Part shown: positions 1 through 10,879 of the stretch, in pieces
How positions within the stretch are numbered: position 1 is the first letter of the stretch
Layout: every line of letters begins with the position of its first letter
From: an uncultured Pelagibacteraceae bacterium
GTDB taxonomy: Bacteria; Pseudomonadota; Alphaproteobacteria; Pelagibacterales; Pelagibacteraceae
NCBI GenBank assembly: GCA_902525625.1
Contig: CABZHM010000001.1
Coordinates: forward strand, 29,130 to 93,129
Length of the DNA: 64,000 bases
Reading direction: 5' to 3'
Made by a program: the position numbers and the translations under genes
Notes under the pieces: generated by a model
Told to the model about the DNA's origin: nothing
Seen by the model: only the letters and a program-made list of their open reading frames with translations
The model's database searches: none

Positions 1-385
1 TGATGTGAATAAAGATAAATTCGAACTACCAAGATTTCCAATAAATGAAAAATATGGTAATTTAAAAAGGTTTAAATCTTTGATTAATTATTTACCACTT
101 GAATATAGATCTCTTGAACCAGAGGAAAAAAAAATAAATAAAAGAAACAATCCTCCTCGAATGATAGTTGAATTTTTTAATGAACAGAAAAATATAAAAA
201 ATATTAATTGTTATTCTAATGACGGTGGCAATTGGAAAAAATCAAATTTAAAATTTGATTCAAATAAACTTATAATCAACTTTGAAGATCAATTTATACC
301 AAGAAGAGGAAGAATTAATTGTTCATTGATGGATAATGGAAAATGGCGTTGGTTTGGAACTCAATTTATAATAAGTGAAAATTAG
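1..385 (+). CDS. C-terminal part of a probable polysaccharide deacetylase family protein (5'-truncated by window edge)
   Basis: Frame is open from the window start; LPRFPINE motif typical of the end of NodB-type deacetylase domains, followed by a beta-rich tail (RGRINCS...WRWFG). Confidence 0.55.
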   Translation, partial: DVNKDKFELPRFPINEKYGNLKRFKSLINYLPLEYRSLEPEEKKINKRNNPPRMIVEFFNEQKNIKNINCYSNDGGNWKKSNLKFDSNKLIINFEDQFIPRRGRINCSLMDNGKWRWFGTQFIISEN

Positions 386-1461
386 ATTAAACTTTCTAAT
401 TCTATACTTGAAGGGAGCAACTTAGCATCGTCAAAATCTTGAAGATTATTTTGTTTAATAATTTTTTGGAGAACCTCAACATATTGATTGCCAGTTTCTG
501 CGTATTTGTTCAAGAATGTAGAAAGTCTCATGCTATCCAAAGGTTTACCATCATCTCTCAGTTTGGCTCTTTCTTCCCTAAATTCTCTGTAAGTTGAATG
601 AGTATTAAGATTTCTTTGATAAGCTCTAACAGATGCTTGAAGAACATTGAACTTCATAACCTTGTGACCTTCATTTTTGTCAGCATCTTTTGGTTTTAAA
701 CCTTCACCGGACCAAGTCCATTGACCGAATAATGCATTTCCCTCTTGAGCGAATCTTGACGTTCCCCAACCTGTTTCTTTAGCTGCTTGAGCGAGCGCTA
801 GCGAAACAGGAATTTCATCCATTCTTATTTTGAGAGTTGATAAATCTCTTGATGGAATTCCGTATTGCTTGTATTTTTTTTTAAGCCATTTCTTTTCTAA
901 ATTAGTATTATTATTTTTGTTTATAATGTTAAAAAGTCTTTTTCTATCTATCTTTATATTATTATTTTCTTTGAGAATTAACGGAAGAACAATTTGAATA
1001 AAGAAATCTTTTCTTTTGGAAGTACTTTCAATCATTTTTATCTCATTGGGCAACAAAGTCAGGGCAACTGGTTTTACTAATTTAGTTTCTCTTACTTCTT
1101 TAAGACTATATTTTGTATCTTCAAATAATTGTTTTATAGTCGAAGCGTTTAATCTTACAGTATCAGTCTCCAAGTCGTTTAAACTAAAAATATCAACCAA
1201 TAAATCCTGTTCATTCAAGAACTCATCACCTTTTTCGTTGCCATTTGAACCATTCTTTAAGGTATAAGCCAGGACTGCTTTAGAGTTATTTTCAAAAGCT
1301 GTATTTTTGTTATTAGCAAAATTTGTTATAATTGGCATTGCATAAAAAAATGTGATTAATAATATCGACGAAATAAAAATTCTTGGTAATGAACCAATAT
1401 TTTTTTTTACATTAAAAAAATTTATTGATTTTACTTTTCTGGTTATACTTCTTTTATACAT
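382..1461 (-). CDS. Bax-like glucosaminidase (GH73) domain protein, membrane-anchored
   Basis: N-terminal TM segment; IPVSLALAQAAKETGWGTSRFAQEGNALFGQW and YQRNLNTHSTY motifs of Bax/GH73 proteins. Confidence 0.85.
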   Translation of the reverse strand: MYKRSITRKVKSINFFNVKKNIGSLPRIFISSILLITFFYAMPIITNFANNKNTAFENNSKAVLAYTLKNGSNGNEKGDEFLNEQDLLVDIFSLNDLETDTVRLNASTIKQLFEDTKYSLKEVRETKLVKPVALTLLPNEIKMIESTSKRKDFFIQIVLPLILKENNNIKIDRKRLFNIINKNNNTNLEKKWLKKKYKQYGIPSRDLSTLKIRMDEIPVSLALAQAAKETGWGTSRFAQEGNALFGQWTWSGEGLKPKDADKNEGHKVMKFNVLQASVRAYQRNLNTHSTYREFREERAKLRDDGKPLDSMRLSTFLNKYAETGNQYVEVLQKIIKQNNLQDFDDAKLLPSSIELESLI

Positions 1462-1464
1462 AAT

Positions 1465-2004
1465 TTATATTGCCTCAACTTGTTTTACCTCTGGTATATA
1501 GTGACATAAAAGGTTTTGAACACCCTGTTTTAACGTCATTGTTGAGCTTGGACACCCAGAGCAACTACCCTGCAACTGAACTTTAACTATACCATTCTTA
1601 AACTCCTTGAATTTAATATCTCCTCCATCCCTCGCAACAGCAGGTCTAATTTTTTGATCTAGAATTTTAATAATTCTTAACTCTAACTCCTTTAAATTTC
1701 CAGAGCTCTCTTTTAAATTTTTCTCTATCACATATTCTTGACCTGTTGAGTAAAAATCATTAATTAATGATATAATAATATGTTTTATTTCCTCCCACTC
1801 AACGTCATCTTGTTTATTTACTGAGATAAAATCTTTCCCTAAAAAAATACTTTCTACACCATTAATAGAAAACAGATTTTTAATTAAGTCATTATTAGTT
1901 TTGTCTTCTTTTTTTATTTCGAAAGACTCATTTTTAGAAACAACCTTACCCGGTAAAAACTTTATCGAGTTCGGATTTGGTGTGAATTCTGTCTGTACAA
2001 ACAT
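1465..2004 (-). CDS. NifU/Nfu1-type Fe-S cluster carrier
   Basis: MFVQTEFTPNPNSIKFLPG N-terminus; IRPAVARDGGDI...GSCSGCPSSTMTLKQG (CxxC). Confidence 0.93.
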   Translation of the reverse strand: MFVQTEFTPNPNSIKFLPGKVVSKNESFEIKKEDKTNNDLIKNLFSINGVESIFLGKDFISVNKQDDVEWEEIKHIIISLINDFYSTGQEYVIEKNLKESSGNLKELELRIIKILDQKIRPAVARDGGDIKFKEFKNGIVKVQLQGSCSGCPSSTMTLKQGVQNLLCHYIPEVKQVEAI

Positions 2005-2056
2005 GATTTATATATAGTCAATAATTTTTAAAATGAAACTTGTTTGTATCAAATAT

Positions 2057-3058
2057 TTAAAAACCTACAATTTCTTGAATTTTTTTAAGCTTTTTTGAGG
2101 CAATACTATCAGCTTTTTGATGTCCATTATCCAATATTTGGTTTAAATAATTTTTATCTTTTAAAAGTTTTTTTATTTCACTCGATATAGGAATAATTTT
2201 GTCTACTAAAACTTGAGATAAATTTTCTTTGAACTCTGAAAAATTTTTTCCGGAGAATTTATTAATTGTATTGTCTAAATCTACATCCATTAAAGTAGAG
2301 TAAATACCCATTAAATTTTTTGCCTCAGGTCTTTTTTCTAAATCTGCGCTAGTAGGTGGTAATGGCAAAGTATCAGTTTTTGCTTTTTTGATCTTATTAA
2401 TCATTTGATCTTTATCATCAGTTAAATTAATTCTACTTAGATCTGATAATTCAGATTTACTCATTTTATTTGTACCATCCCTCAAACTCATAATTCTTGA
2501 AAACTTTTTTTGAATTAATGGCTCAGGTAATTTAAAAAAATTATCAACATTAAAATCATTATTAAATTTTTGTGCAACATCCCGACAAAGTTCCAAATGT
2601 TGCTTTTGGTCATCTCCAACAGGAACATGAGTAGTGTCGTATAATAAGATATCCGCTGCCATTAAAACAGGATATGAGTATAGACCAATACTTGCTTTTT
2701 CTTTATCTTTTCCTGCTTTCTCTTTAAATTGGGTCATTCTGTTAAGCCATCCCATCCTAGCCACACAGCTTAGTATCCAGGCGGTCTCTGAATGGGCGCT
2801 CACTTTTGATTGATTAAATATAATACTTTTTTCAGGATCTATGCCACTTGCAATAAAACTTGCTACGGTTTCATATATATTATCTTTCAATTTTTTTGGA
2901 TCTTGCGCAACAGTAATAGCGTGAAGATCGACTACACAGAAGACACACTGATTTTGATCTTCATTATTAAGTTTTACAAAATTTTTGATTGCTCCCAAAT
3001 AATTTCCAAGATGAAGATTTCCAGTTGGTTGAACACCCGAAAAAATTTTTTTTCCCAT
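2057..3058 (-). CDS. trpS: Tryptophan--tRNA ligase
   Basis: [14 protein letters not shown] (HIGH-like), [15 protein letters not shown]. Confidence 0.98.
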   Translation of the reverse strand: MGKKIFSGVQPTGNLHLGNYLGAIKNFVKLNNEDQNQCVFCVVDLHAITVAQDPKKLKDNIYETVASFIASGIDPEKSIIFNQSKVSAHSETAWILSCVARMGWLNRMTQFKEKAGKDKEKASIGLYSYPVLMAADILLYDTTHVPVGDDQKQHLELCRDVAQKFNNDFNVDNFFKLPEPLIQKKFSRIMSLRDGTNKMSKSELSDLSRINLTDDKDQMINKIKKAKTDTLPLPPTSADLEKRPEAKNLMGIYSTLMDVDLDNTINKFSGKNFSEFKENLSQVLVDKIIPISSEIKKLLKDKNYLNQILDNGHQKADSIASKKLKKIQEIVGF

Positions 3059-3060
3059 AA

Positions 3061-4590
3061 TTAATACTTTAGTTTAATATCACCATATTTGAAAGCTTTG
3101 ATAAATAATGAAAAACTCAAATAAAATATAAGGCATAAAAAAGCTGAAAGTATCAAATAAAAAGATTTAAAATTATATTCATAAATCAATTTATTTTCAA
3201 AAAACAAAATTAAGTAATTAAAAAATATTCCCATTAGTATAGATGCCAATAGTATTTTTATTAATTTAGTGAAAAATAATTCATTAAAATTAAATAAATC
3301 TCTATTTTTTAAATAAACAAATAATATTATTGCATTAAACCATGATGAAATTGTCGTAGCTATAGGAATTATTATGAAACCAGTTTCTCTGAAGAAATAA
3401 ACACTTATTAATATATTTAAAATTACTGAAATTAATGAAATATAAAATGGGGTTTTTGTATCTTGATTTGCAAAAAAGAATGTTGAAAATACTTTAATTA
3501 AAGCAAAAGCAGGTAATCCTAATCCAAAATAATAAAGTGCATTTGCAGAGTTAGATACTGACAGCTCATCAAAAGAACCATAGCCAAATAATGCTGAAAT
3601 AATTTGCTCTGATCCTACAATTAAAGCAACTGCAGCTGGTAGACTTAAAAACATACTAAGCTCAAGCGCTTTATTTTGTAGCAAAAGTATTTTATTTTTT
3701 TTTTTTAAAAAAACATGTTTTGAAAGTTGTGGCAGAACAACCACGCCTATCGCAATTCCTGCGATTGCAAGGTTTATTTGATAAATCCTATCAGCATAAT
3801 ATAGATAAGATACGGCACTAGCTTGAAAAGATGCAATTATAGTACCTACAAGAATATTAATTTGTGTTACACCAGATGAAAAAATACTGGGTAAAAGTTT
3901 TTTAAAAAAAAATTTAACCTTATTATCAATTTTGAAATTAAACTTAAGATTTATAGAATAAAATTTTTTCGCAAATTGATATAAAAAAACAAATTGTAAT
4001 AATCCTGCAATAGAAACTCCATATGATAAATAATAAACTAGTCCGTCGTTAAGAAATTTTCCAAAAAATAAAATTCCAATCAAGACTATATTAAGGATTA
4101 TTGGAGCTGCAGAGGCAGCAGCAAACTTATTTTGAGAATTTAGAATTGCAGCAAAAAAAGAAGATAGACTCACAAACATTAAAAATGGCATAGTTATCCT
4201 TGTAAGACTGACAGCTAGCTGAATTTTTTCTGAATTATCAACAAAACCTGGCGCTATTAACCTTACAAAAACTGGCATGAAAATTTCTAAAATTAAAACT
4301 AAAAACAATAGTCCTAAAAATAATAAATTGAAAATTTCGTTAGCAAATTTTTGTGATCCAGTTTTTTTTTTTACTAATTCTGAAGTGTAACTTGGTATAA
4401 AAGCTGCATTAAAAGTTCCTTCTGCAAATAATCTTCTAAAAGTATTAGGTATTCTGAATGCTACAAAAAATACATCTGCTAAAAAACTTGTTCCAAGAAA
4501 GATCGCTATCAAAACATCTCTTAAATAACCAAGTAATCTACTGATAATAGTATAAAAACCAAAAGTCCCTGTTGACTTAACTAAGTTCAT
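3061..4590 (-). CDS. murJ: Lipid II flippase MurJ (MviN)
   Basis: [32 protein letters not shown] motifs; multi-TM. Confidence 0.97.
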   Translation of the reverse strand: MNLVKSTGTFGFYTIISRLLGYLRDVLIAIFLGTSFLADVFFVAFRIPNTFRRLFAEGTFNAAFIPSYTSELVKKKTGSQKFANEIFNLLFLGLLFLVLILEIFMPVFVRLIAPGFVDNSEKIQLAVSLTRITMPFLMFVSLSSFFAAILNSQNKFAAASAAPIILNIVLIGILFFGKFLNDGLVYYLSYGVSIAGLLQFVFLYQFAKKFYSINLKFNFKIDNKVKFFFKKLLPSIFSSGVTQINILVGTIIASFQASAVSYLYYADRIYQINLAIAGIAIGVVVLPQLSKHVFLKKKNKILLLQNKALELSMFLSLPAAVALIVGSEQIISALFGYGSFDELSVSNSANALYYFGLGLPAFALIKVFSTFFFANQDTKTPFYISLISVILNILISVYFFRETGFIIIPIATTISSWFNAIILFVYLKNRDLFNFNELFFTKLIKILLASILMGIFFNYLILFFENKLIYEYNFKSFYLILSAFLCLIFYLSFSLFIKAFKYGDIKLKY

Positions 4591-4640
4591 AAATCATATT
4601 AGTCTTAATTTTACCCCATTTGTACACCTAATTGGCATAA

Positions 4641-6923
4641 ATGAAAAAAACAAAAATTGATCATTACACAGATAAAGAAGCTTTAGATTTTCACAAAGAT
4701 AAGAAGCCTGGCAAGATTGAAATATCTTCCTCAAAAAATATGACCACAAAAAGAGACTTGGCTTTAGCATATTCTCCCGGCGTGGCAGCTCCGGTTAGAG
4801 CAATTAGTGAAAATCCTGAAACAGTATTTGATTATACCAGTAAAGGAAATCTTGTTGCAGTTATCAGTAATGGGTCGGCAATTTTAGGTATGGGAAATTT
4901 AGGTGCGTTAGCATCTAAACCAGTTATGGAAGGAAAGGCAGTTTTGTTCAAAAGATTTGCTGATATTGACTCCATTGATTTAGAAATAGACTCTAAAGAC
5001 CCTGAAGAAATAATAAATAGCATAAAAAATTTTGCACCTAGCTTTGGAGGTATCAATCTTGAAGATATTGCAGCGCCTGATTGTTTTATTATTGAAAATA
5101 AGCTTAAAGAATGTCTTGATATACCTGTATTTCATGATGATCAACACGGTACAGCAATCATCACGACTGCAGCATTAATTAATGCCTTAGATATTAGTAA
5201 AAAAAAAATTGATAAAGTAAAAATAGTTGTGAATGGTGCTGGGGCGTCAGCAATGGCTTGTGCAAATTTGTTTAAAAAGACTGGTGTGCCAAATGAAAAC
5301 ATCACAATGGTAGATAGAAAAGGGGTCATTTATAAAGGTAGAGAAAATCTGAACAAGTGGAAATTAAGTCATGCAATTGAGACACAACACAGAATTTTAA
5401 ATGATGCGATTGATAATGCTGATGTTTTTTTAGGATTATCTGCAAAAGGAACATTAACAAAAGCGATGGTGAAAAGGATGGCAAAAGACCCAATAATATT
5501 TGCCTGTGCAAATCCCGACCCTGAGATTACACCTGAGGAAATTGAGGAGGTTAGAAATGACGCAATAATAGCTACTGGAAGATCGGATTATGCCAACCAG
5601 GTAAATAACCTGATAGGTTTTCCCTATATATTTAGAGGAGCATTAGATGTAAGAGCAAAAACAATAAATGAGGAAATGAAAGTTGCCGCTGCACTTGCAA
5701 TTGCAAATTTAGCAAAGGAGGACGTGCCTGATGAGGTTGTTGCAGCAATGGGAAGCGAAAGACCTCATTATGGAAAAGATTATATAATACCCTCAACTTT
5801 CGACCCAAGATTAATTAGCGTTATCCCAGCAGCTGTGGCTAAAGCTGCAATGGAAACTGGAGTAGCTCGAATTAATATAAAAGATTTTGAAATTTACAAA
5901 GATCAACTTAAGCAAAGGCTAGATCCAACTGTTACAATTCTTCAAGGTGTCAATAACTATATTAAGAAAAAACAAAAAAAAGTTGTCTTTGCAGACGGTG
6001 AAGATGAAAATATGTTAAAGGCGGCAATTGCATTTAAAAATTCTAAATTAGGAATTCCAATTTTAGTAGGGAAAGAGGAGTTAATAAAGAACCAGATTAA
6101 AAAAATTGGTTATAATGAAGATTTCAATATTGAAATTGTGAACTCTAAAGACAGGGAGAAAAGAGAGATGTATGTAAAATATCTTTTTAAAAGACTCCAA
6201 AGAGAAAAAGGAATGCTAGAAAGGGACTGTGATAGACTTATTAGAAATGATAGGGTAATTTGGTCATCTTGTATGGTTGCTTGCAATGATGCAGATGCAA
6301 TGGTTACAGGTAATACAAGACGATATTCCTCATCACTTGAAAAAATAATCCAGGTTGTAAATCCAAGACCTGGGGAAATCATGTTTGGTTTAAATTTGGT
6401 TGTTAATAGAGGTAAAACAATTTTTATTTGTGATACATCAGTTATTGAATATCCCGACTCAAAACAATTAGCTGAAATGGCGAAATCTGCAGCTAGAGTT
6501 GTAAAACTTTTTGGATTTGACCCTAAAGTCGCTTTTTTATCACACTCTACTTTTGGTGAACCAGCTACTGATAGAACAAAGAGACTAAGTGATGCGGTTG
6601 AAATTTTAAAAAAAGATAAAGTTGATTTCAAATTTGATGGAGAGATGCAACCAGATGTAGCTTTAGAAGAAACTTATAAAGAATTATATCCATTTTCTGA
6701 AATTGTTGGAAACTCAAATGTTTTGATAATGCCTAGTCAACACAGTGCAGCAATTTCATACAAAATGATTAAGTCTATGAGTAGAGCAAAAGTAATTGGA
6801 CCGCTGTTGATTGGTTTAGGTTTACCAATTGAGATAGCGCCACTAAGATCATCTACGTCTGAAATTTTAAATCTAGCATCAATAGCTGCTTATTCTGCTG
6901 ATGTTATTAAATATGATAAATAA
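4641..6923 (+). CDS. maeB: NADP-dependent malic enzyme with C-terminal phosphotransacetylase-like domain
   Basis: DLALAYSPGVA, KPVMEGKAVLFK, FHDDQHGTA; PTA-like domain with DGEMQPDVAL. Confidence 0.96.
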   Translation: MKKTKIDHYTDKEALDFHKDKKPGKIEISSSKNMTTKRDLALAYSPGVAAPVRAISENPETVFDYTSKGNLVAVISNGSAILGMGNLGALASKPVMEGKAVLFKRFADIDSIDLEIDSKDPEEIINSIKNFAPSFGGINLEDIAAPDCFIIENKLKECLDIPVFHDDQHGTAIITTAALINALDISKKKIDKVKIVVNGAGASAMACANLFKKTGVPNENITMVDRKGVIYKGRENLNKWKLSHAIETQHRILNDAIDNADVFLGLSAKGTLTKAMVKRMAKDPIIFACANPDPEITPEEIEEVRNDAIIATGRSDYANQVNNLIGFPYIFRGALDVRAKTINEEMKVAAALAIANLAKEDVPDEVVAAMGSERPHYGKDYIIPSTFDPRLISVIPAAVAKAAMETGVARINIKDFEIYKDQLKQRLDPTVTILQGVNNYIKKKQKKVVFADGEDENMLKAAIAFKNSKLGIPILVGKEELIKNQIKKIGYNEDFNIEIVNSKDREKREMYVKYLFKRLQREKGMLERDCDRLIRNDRVIWSSCMVACNDADAMVTGNTRRYSSSLEKIIQVVNPRPGEIMFGLNLVVNRGKTIFICDTSVIEYPDSKQLAEMAKSAARVVKLFGFDPKVAFLSHSTFGEPATDRTKRLSDAVEILKKDKVDFKFDGEMQPDVALEETYKELYPFSEIVGNSNVLIMPSQHSAAISYKMIKSMSRAKVIGPLLIGLGLPIEIAPLRSSTSEILNLASIAAYSADVIKYDK

Positions 6924-6924
6924 T

Positions 6925-7518
6925 TTAATTTTTTTGAATTCTTAAATTGTCGACTAATAATATACTTGCAATTATATTATCAACATCTGGGATTTGATTT
7001 GCCTCGTTAATTACAGCATCTTTTTCATCAGATGTTATCGCTATGCCATATATGTAAATTTTTTTCTTATATGTGTCTATCTGATAATTAGTTGCTTTAA
7101 TTGAACTATTTAAAATCAATGCCGTCCTCAATTGGGAGGTTATCAACAAATCTTTAGCTGATTGTTTAAAATTAAACTCTTCTTTTATTTTTAAATCATT
7201 CTTGACTGATCTAACACCTTGAATTTCCCATGCTAATTTTGTTAATTTAAGTTTTTCTTCCGGGTCGTCAACTTTACCTGTTATGAAGATTCTGCCATCA
7301 ATTACTTTTGTTTTTACAGCCAAAAAATAATTTTTGTTCACCAATAAAATTCTAGCACTCAAATTTTTTTGCATAATCGAGTCATCTATTTGAGTGCCAA
7401 GTGACCTTGGGTCTATAGCAACACTTACTCCTGTCCCAAAAATTCCAGTAGAAGAAACTCCTATACAGCTATTCAAAATAAAACCAAAGCAAAGTATAGC
7501 AAGTATTTTATTTTTCAT
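6925..7518 (-). CDS. Dual BON-domain lipoprotein (DolP/YraP-like)
   Basis: Lipobox LNSC; DPRSLGTQIDD and GVRSVKNDL; downstream of rsmI as in the yraL-yraP cluster. Confidence 0.88.
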   Translation of the reverse strand: MKNKILAILCFGFILNSCIGVSSTGIFGTGVSVAIDPRSLGTQIDDSIMQKNLSARILLVNKNYFLAVKTKVIDGRIFITGKVDDPEEKLKLTKLAWEIQGVRSVKNDLKIKEEFNFKQSAKDLLITSQLRTALILNSSIKATNYQIDTYKKKIYIYGIAITSDEKDAVINEANQIPDVDNIIASILLVDNLRIQKN

Positions 7519-8371
7519 TTTTTATCTTTAAACAATAGTCGTAAATAATTTTTTTTTGAATACTATTTTTTCTAATTATTAAATCAATTATTTCTTTGGT
7601 ACTAATTTTATTTATCATGCTTTTTATTAACTTTTTATCTGATTCATCTAAAGATTGTGAAGTTTTTTTATCATAAGTTCTTTCCGAAATAACAATAGTT
7701 AATTCACCTTTTAAATTTTCATTTAATAGATCCAAATCCTCAACTTTAGATCTTTTATATTCTTCAAAAAACTTAGTCATTTCTCTGCAAATTAAAATTT
7801 TTCTACCCGTAAAATTTTTTTTAATAAAAGGAATAATTTTATTAATTTTCTTTGGTGAAATAAAAAAAACAATTGAACTATTTAATTTTGATAAAATTTC
7901 TAAATCGTCTTTCAAGGATTTATTTGTTTCAGGGAAAAATCCATAAAAGAAAAACTTTTCTGAAAACCCTGATATTGATACCGCCGATATAACTGCTGAG
8001 GGACCAGGTATAGGAATAATATTTATATTGTTCTTAATACACTCATTAACTAATATAGCCCCCGGGTCAGAAATGCTTGGAGTACCAGCATCAGAGATTA
8101 AAGAAATAAGTAAGCCCTGATTAATTAGCTTTATAATTTTAAGAATATTTTTTTTTTCATTAAACTTGTGATTTGAAATTAAATTAGATTTGATTTGGTA
8201 TTTATCTAATAACTTTTTAGAAATTCTTGTATCTTCGCATAAAATATAATTCGAATTTTTGAGGATTTCTATGGCTCTAAAACTCATATCATTTAAATTC
8301 CCTATCGGTGTTGAGACTAAATATAAGCTTTTTTTTAGCACTCTATTAACAGATTTTAAGTTTTCAATCAT
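7508..8371 (-). CDS. rsmI: 16S rRNA (cytidine1402-2'-O)-methyltransferase
   Basis: LYLVSTPIGNLND, CEDTR, ISDAGTPSISDPG, CREMTKFFEE. Confidence 0.96.
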   Translation of the reverse strand: MIENLKSVNRVLKKSLYLVSTPIGNLNDMSFRAIEILKNSNYILCEDTRISKKLLDKYQIKSNLISNHKFNEKKNILKIIKLINQGLLISLISDAGTPSISDPGAILVNECIKNNINIIPIPGPSAVISAVSISGFSEKFFFYGFFPETNKSLKDDLEILSKLNSSIVFFISPKKINKIIPFIKKNFTGRKILICREMTKFFEEYKRSKVEDLDLLNENLKGELTIVISERTYDKKTSQSLDESDKKLIKSMINKISTKEIIDLIIRKNSIQKKIIYDYCLKIKNEK

Positions 8372-8403
8372 AATTATTATTAAAATATTATAGTATCATT
8401 AAA

Positions 8404-9558
8404 ATGAAAAAATTTTTTAGAATTATTTTAACGTTAATAATTATTTACTTAACAAATCATTCATTTGCATTTTCGCAAAGTGAAAAAATTAAAATTGGGC
8501 TTCTTGCACCTTTATCTGGTGAATATAAAGAATTAGGACAATCATTAATTAAATCAACCAGAATGGCCTTAAATGATATTGGAACAGACAAAATTGAAAT
8601 TTATCCTATGGACACAGGTATAGATCCAAATCAAACTTTAAAGTCGGCTAATAAGTTAAAAAATGAGGGAATAAAGATTTTTATTGGTCCTATTTTTTTT
8701 AAAAGTTTAATATATTTAGATGAAATTCAAGACGTTGTTTTTTTATCATTAACAAATAAAACAAATGATCTACCAAAAAACGTTATAAGCAGTGGAATAA
8801 ATTCTTTGTCTCAATTAAATGCGATTAAGAATTTTTTAGAATTAAGTGAAGTAAAAAAAACAATTTTTTTAACACCTGATCTTGATTATAAAAATGAAAT
8901 TAAAAAAGCCATCAAACAATCAAAAGTGAAAATTTCTAAACTTTACACTTATAACACAGAACCAACTAAACTAACAAAGCAAATAGAAAAGATAACGAAT
9001 TATGAGTTAAGAAAACAAAACCTGGCGGATGAAATTTTAAGAGTTGAAAACTCAGATTTGACGGATAAGGAGGAACAAATTAAGAAATTGGAAAAAAAAT
9101 ATACAATTGGAAATGTAAATTTTGATTCAGTTATTATCTCTGATTTTGACGAAAATCTTAAAAGTGTAATAACTTCTCTTATTTACACTGATGTATTACC
9201 AGAAAATAAATTTTTTATAACTCTAAATCAATGGTTTGATGAAAGTTTAATTTTAGAAAAGAATATACAACCCTTGTATTACCCATCAATCAATAAACAA
9301 AATTTAGAGACATTTAATAAAAAATTTATAGATGAGTTTGACACAAAACCAAATCATCTAAGTTTATTAAGCTACGACCTTTTAGGGTTGATATATTATT
9401 TATCTTTAAAATCTGATTTTTCAAATGTAAATGATATCTTTAAAAAACAAAATTCTTTCAAAGGCAAAATAGGGGTTTTTGATGTTGAAAACAATAAGAT
9501 TAATCATAGATTAAATTTTTACAAAATCGATAAAGGAGAAATTAAAGAAATTTTTTAA
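8404..9558 (+). CDS. LpoA/LppC-like penicillin-binding-protein activator (periplasmic-binding-protein fold)
   Basis: Signal peptide; KIGLLAPLSG, IFIGP, YDL and FKGKIG motifs; divergent from rsmI. Confidence 0.7.
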   Translation: MKKFFRIILTLIIIYLTNHSFAFSQSEKIKIGLLAPLSGEYKELGQSLIKSTRMALNDIGTDKIEIYPMDTGIDPNQTLKSANKLKNEGIKIFIGPIFFKSLIYLDEIQDVVFLSLTNKTNDLPKNVISSGINSLSQLNAIKNFLELSEVKKTIFLTPDLDYKNEIKKAIKQSKVKISKLYTYNTEPTKLTKQIEKITNYELRKQNLADEILRVENSDLTDKEEQIKKLEKKYTIGNVNFDSVIISDFDENLKSVITSLIYTDVLPENKFFITLNQWFDESLILEKNIQPLYYPSINKQNLETFNKKFIDEFDTKPNHLSLLSYDLLGLIYYLSLKSDFSNVNDIFKKQNSFKGKIGVFDVENNKINHRLNFYKIDKGEIKEIF

Positions 9559-10144
9559 TTTTTTTGAATGCGTCTGATCTATGGTCTAATTTATATTTTT
9601 GAGATTGTTTCATTTCTCCAAATGTTTTGATTTTTTTTTTAGGGATAAATATTGGATCATATCCAAAACCATTTTTACCTTTGGGTTTTTTTGAAATTTG
9701 TCCTTCAACCTTTCCAACAACACAGGCTATTTTTTTATTTAAAAAACTTATAGAGATCGCACAAATAAACCTGGCTTTGATTTTTTTATTTCTCCAATTT
9801 TTATCTTTTCTATCTATCTCCTTATAAACTTTTTCAATTGCTTTACCAAAATTCAATTTTTTTCCAGCCCATCTTGCTGAAAAAATTCCTGGTCTTTTGT
9901 TTAAAATATCAATTTCTAAACCAGAGTCATCAGCTAGACAGATCAGATTTGTTTTATTTGAAAAATATCGAGATTTAATTAAAGAATTTTCTTTAAAAGT
10001 CTTTCCAGTTTCTCTTGGGCTCTTTAAATCAAACTTTGAGGCAGAAAATGTTTTAATGTTTGCTGGTAACAAATCTCTTATTTCCTTTAATTTTCCCTTA
10101 TTATTTGTGCCTATAAGCAATTGTTTAATTTTTTTTTTTAACAT
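9542..10144 (-). CDS. rdgB: Non-canonical purine NTP pyrophosphatase (HAM1 family)
   Basis: TNNKGKLKE, ADDSGL, PGIFSARW, GFGYDPIF, HR motif. Confidence 0.96.
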   Translation of the reverse strand: MLKKKIKQLLIGTNNKGKLKEIRDLLPANIKTFSASKFDLKSPRETGKTFKENSLIKSRYFSNKTNLICLADDSGLEIDILNKRPGIFSARWAGKKLNFGKAIEKVYKEIDRKDKNWRNKKIKARFICAISISFLNKKIACVVGKVEGQISKKPKGKNGFGYDPIFIPKKKIKTFGEMKQSQKYKLDHRSDAFKKIKKFL

Positions 10145-10173
10145 CTAGCAATTTAATTTTTTCTTACCATATA
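10145..10173 (+). promoter_or_regulatory. Putative RpoH (sigma32) promoter of grpE
   Basis: CTAG-N18-CCATATA directly upstream of grpE; resembles the alphaproteobacterial CTTG-N17/18-CYTATNT consensus. Confidence 0.45.
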
Positions 10174-10180
10174 TGATCAT

Positions 10181-10819
10181 ATGGAAAAAGATCAAAACCA
10201 GGAAAATATAGACAAAGCATCGGAGAAAGATCCAAATGATTTAAATCAAGGTCAAAAAGCTGAAAATTTAGAAACAAATGATAGAGAACAAGATCAAGAA
10301 CAAGAAAAAACGGCAGAAGATCACATTTTAGAGTTAGAAGATAAACTTGCAAGATCATTTGCTGAAATGGAAAACCAAAGAAGAAGGTTTGAAAAAGAAA
10401 AAGAAGATGCTTTTGAATATGGAGGTTTTTCTTTTGCAAGGGAAGCTCTAAATTTAATAGATAATCTTGAGAGATCAAAACAAATTTTATTAAATGATGA
10501 AACTTTAAAGAATACGGAGGCTTTAAAAAAAACACTCGAACATTTGGACATTATTAATAAAGATTTAATTTCAATTTTTTCAAAAAACAAAATAAAGCCT
10601 ATTGAATGTCTCAACAAAAAACTAGATCCAAACTTTCATCAAGCAATGATTGAAATTGAAGACGATCAAAAAGAACCTGGAACAATTGTTCAAGAAATAC
10701 AAAAAGGATTTACAATTAAAGATAGATTATTGAGACCGGCCCTAGTAGGCGTAGCAAAAAAAAGTGAAAAAAAGCTCGAAAAAAATGAGGAAATTAAAGA
10801 AAATTCAGGTGATAAATAA
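10181..10819 (+). CDS. grpE: Nucleotide exchange factor GrpE
   Basis: AEMENQRRR, DPNFHQAM, GFTIKDRLLRPALVGVAK. Confidence 0.97.
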   Translation: MEKDQNQENIDKASEKDPNDLNQGQKAENLETNDREQDQEQEKTAEDHILELEDKLARSFAEMENQRRRFEKEKEDAFEYGGFSFAREALNLIDNLERSKQILLNDETLKNTEALKKTLEHLDIINKDLISIFSKNKIKPIECLNKKLDPNFHQAMIEIEDDQKEPGTIVQEIQKGFTIKDRLLRPALVGVAKKSEKKLEKNEEIKENSGDK

Positions 10820-10831
10820 TATTTTATTGAA

Positions 10832-10859
10832 CTTGTAGAATTCAAATTCAACCCTATAT
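10832..10859 (+). promoter_or_regulatory. RpoH (sigma32) promoter of dnaK
   Basis: CTTG(10832-35)-N17-CCTATAT(10853-59), an exact fit to the alphaproteobacterial heat-shock consensus. Confidence 0.75.
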
Positions 10860-10879
10860 GAGAATTATAGATAACTAAT

